DNA of 41,476 nt, taken from positions 1 to 41,476 of the forward strand of contig DAFQ01000008.1 of NCBI GenBank assembly GCA_002497985.1, written 5' to 3'. The DNA is from Euryarchaeota archaeon UBA4 (GTDB lineage Archaea; Thermoplasmatota; Poseidoniia; Poseidoniales; Thalassarchaeaceae). Position numbers and translations under genes: made by a program. This document shows positions 39,945 to 41,476 of the stretch, in pieces. The notes beneath the pieces are model-generated. The model had not been told where the DNA came from. It did no database searches and saw only the letters and a list, made by a program, of their open reading frames with translations. Numbering within the stretch: the stretch's first letter is position 1; every line of letters begins with the position of its first letter.

Positions 39945-41383
39945 GAAGAGACCTCAGGAGAACGGGCGGCAAAGTGGAGTGTTATTCCTTCGAGGTCGAC
40001 GGTTGCCCATGATGACATGCAACAGCCACTGGTGGAGGGGAGTTCGATTGATACTGAATCGAATGCCCCCAGCTCGGAGAAATCTGAAGGTGGCATGTCT
40101 GACCAGATGTTCGCATCCCCCGTTATCTCGAGGAGGATCGGAATTGAGTAATTCTCCCTATTCTCCAAGTTGAATACAGCATCACCTAATGTCTGATCCA
40201 ACGAGAATGTTAGGCCCTGTCCCGAGACCAAAACATCCGGACCATTCGTAACTTCCCAGATAGACTGTACAGTGGTGCCGCTGCAAGCCAATAGCCATCC
40301 AGTATCACCGAACCTGAGAGACATGTTCCCAGTTTCTGATGGGGATTGGGAAAATGCTTCTGAGGGGAGCCTGATGGAAGACCTGTCTGCAAGTTCCCTG
40401 ACCCATTCTCCAGAGGAGTTTAACTCAGGAATCACATCGGTCGACGGGCAGAAGATAGGTCCTGAATCTATGTAAGTAAGTGTCAGTGATTCTCCTTGCA
40501 TTCCAGAAACTATGGATTCCAGAGAAGAAATTGGGATCTTCCATTCTCCATCCGATATGTGTAAAGATGGATGGCTTCCCTCTATGGACATTACCAGGTG
40601 GCTATCTGAAAGGTTCTCTCTGGAGAGTGTAATTTCGGGCCCTGTTTGGTAAATTGGGGATGATATTGGTAGTGATTGCATTGCCCCCTCGTGGCCCCTC
40701 AAACATAGATCATGCGTTCCGGGACCGAGGGACGTATCGTTCTCGAAGTACCAGAATGGAGATGCCATTGTTAGGTTGACATAGTCGCCGTCCACCACCC
40801 TTAACTCGGTGCAGATCCTAGGAGTTTCCGTGTCCTCCACCATTATCCATAGTGGATCTACCGATGAGGTTGTCTCGAAGGGACTGAACACAATACTATG
40901 CTCGGAAACATGATTGGCTACATCAACAAGTATCACTAGTCTGAAGGTCTGCAATTCGAGATTTGTTGATGACTCCTGCTTCAGAGTGAGGTTCACCATA
41001 CCGGGAGACAAGCGAGAGACTTCATCGAACCTGCAAACGCCTGTGGAGTATTCGGACAACGAGTTGTTGGTGTGTACCATCTGGCTCCCCCCTTGTTCGA
41101 AGCAGTCCGAGTCGATTTGGAAGAATGAATAGGGGCCCTCAATACGAACTTGTAGCCAACCTGAAACTGGCAAGACTCCCTCTGGCTCAAGAATGAGTTC
41201 AATATGGGACTCTCCATCCTGGAAGGTAACAAATGACGGCCATGACTCGGTTGAAAGGCCCTCGTCCCAATCGGATAGGTGGTAAGCACCGTTAATTCCC
41301 GGAAAGGCTGCCATCAACATGACCATGATTACTGCAACAATTCTGTTTCGTGACAAATCGTCGAGCCCTGAATGCTCGTCCAC
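39941..41383 (-). CDS. Hypothetical exported or membrane-anchored protein (possibly 5' partial)
   Basis: 480 aa from the GTG at 41383. The same frame stays open with no stop up to the window edge at 41476. Hydrophobic IVAVIMVMLMAAFPGING, then a Ser/Thr/Asn-rich domain with N-x-S/T sites. No family recognised. Confidence 0.5.
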   Translation of the reverse strand: MDEHSGLDDLSRNRIVAVIMVMLMAAFPGINGAYHLSDWDEGLSTESWPSFVTFQDGESHIELILEPEGVLPVSGWLQVRIEGPYSFFQIDSDCFEQGGSQMVHTNNSLSEYSTGVCRFDEVSRLSPGMVNLTLKQESSTNLELQTFRLVILVDVANHVSEHSIVFSPFETTSSVDPLWIMVEDTETPRICTELRVVDGDYVNLTMASPFWYFENDTSLGPGTHDLCLRGHEGAMQSLPISSPIYQTGPEITLSRENLSDSHLVMSIEGSHPSLHISDGEWKIPISSLESIVSGMQGESLTLTYIDSGPIFCPSTDVIPELNSSGEWVRELADRSSIRLPSEAFSQSPSETGNMSLRFGDTGWLLACSGTTVQSIWEVTNGPDVLVSGQGLTFSLDQTLGDAVFNLENRENYSIPILLEITGDANIWSDMPPSDFSELGAFDSVSIELPSTSGCCMSSWATVDLEGITLHFAARSPEVSS

Positions 41384-41476
41384 GATGAATGGGTCGAGGA
41401 TCGGGTTTGGACTGAATCTCCTCCATGTCGCGAGAGCAGCCAGGAATAGCCATGGAACCCAAGTTTCACTTGAGAA

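Overview
This window looks like a gene-dense archaeal chromosome segment, roughly 50% GC by eye. The gene set suggests Thermoplasmatota, possibly Marine Group II/III; this is inference from content, not a database hit. It combines archaeal translation and replication genes (L10e, S6e, aIF2-gamma, Dph2, Orc1/Cdc6, archaeal-type Hpt) with bacterial-type gyrase, class II HMG-CoA reductase and SMC-ScpAB. Almost everything is coding. In order: sufCBD; a membrane Smr protein; DUF2085; an extended thymidylate-kinase-like protein; a cell-surface cluster (glutaminyl cyclase, a 1367-aa metalloprotease with a PKD array, two unknown anchored proteins); aroD; gyrBA; tRNA-Ser(GCU); DUF4105; aroA; an EamA transporter; a same-strand string rpl10e-hpt-dph2-orc1-rps6e-aIF2gamma-PIN; DUF357; a 631-aa Orc-like AAA+/wHTH protein; hmgA; scpB-scpA-smc; nadB; panE; and an unknown exported protein that is open at the window edge. 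I saw no CRISPR array, transposase, integrase or recognisable defence system. The most unusual locus is 28087-30313. It pairs the only long, strongly AT-rich spacer, packed with TTAACG(C/T)/ACGCTT repeats, with a gene for an Orc1/Cdc6-architecture protein that has Arg in place of the Walker A Lys and a roughly 300-aa acidic linker. I propose this as a candidate origin/initiator or operator/regulator module. Secondary items are the Tmk-like protein with an unknown 240-aa C-terminal domain, the four-TM Smr protein, the absence of any spacer at all six convergent gene junctions, and a cysteine-less aIF2-gamma knuckle. All homology calls come from motif recognition by eye and need database confirmation.
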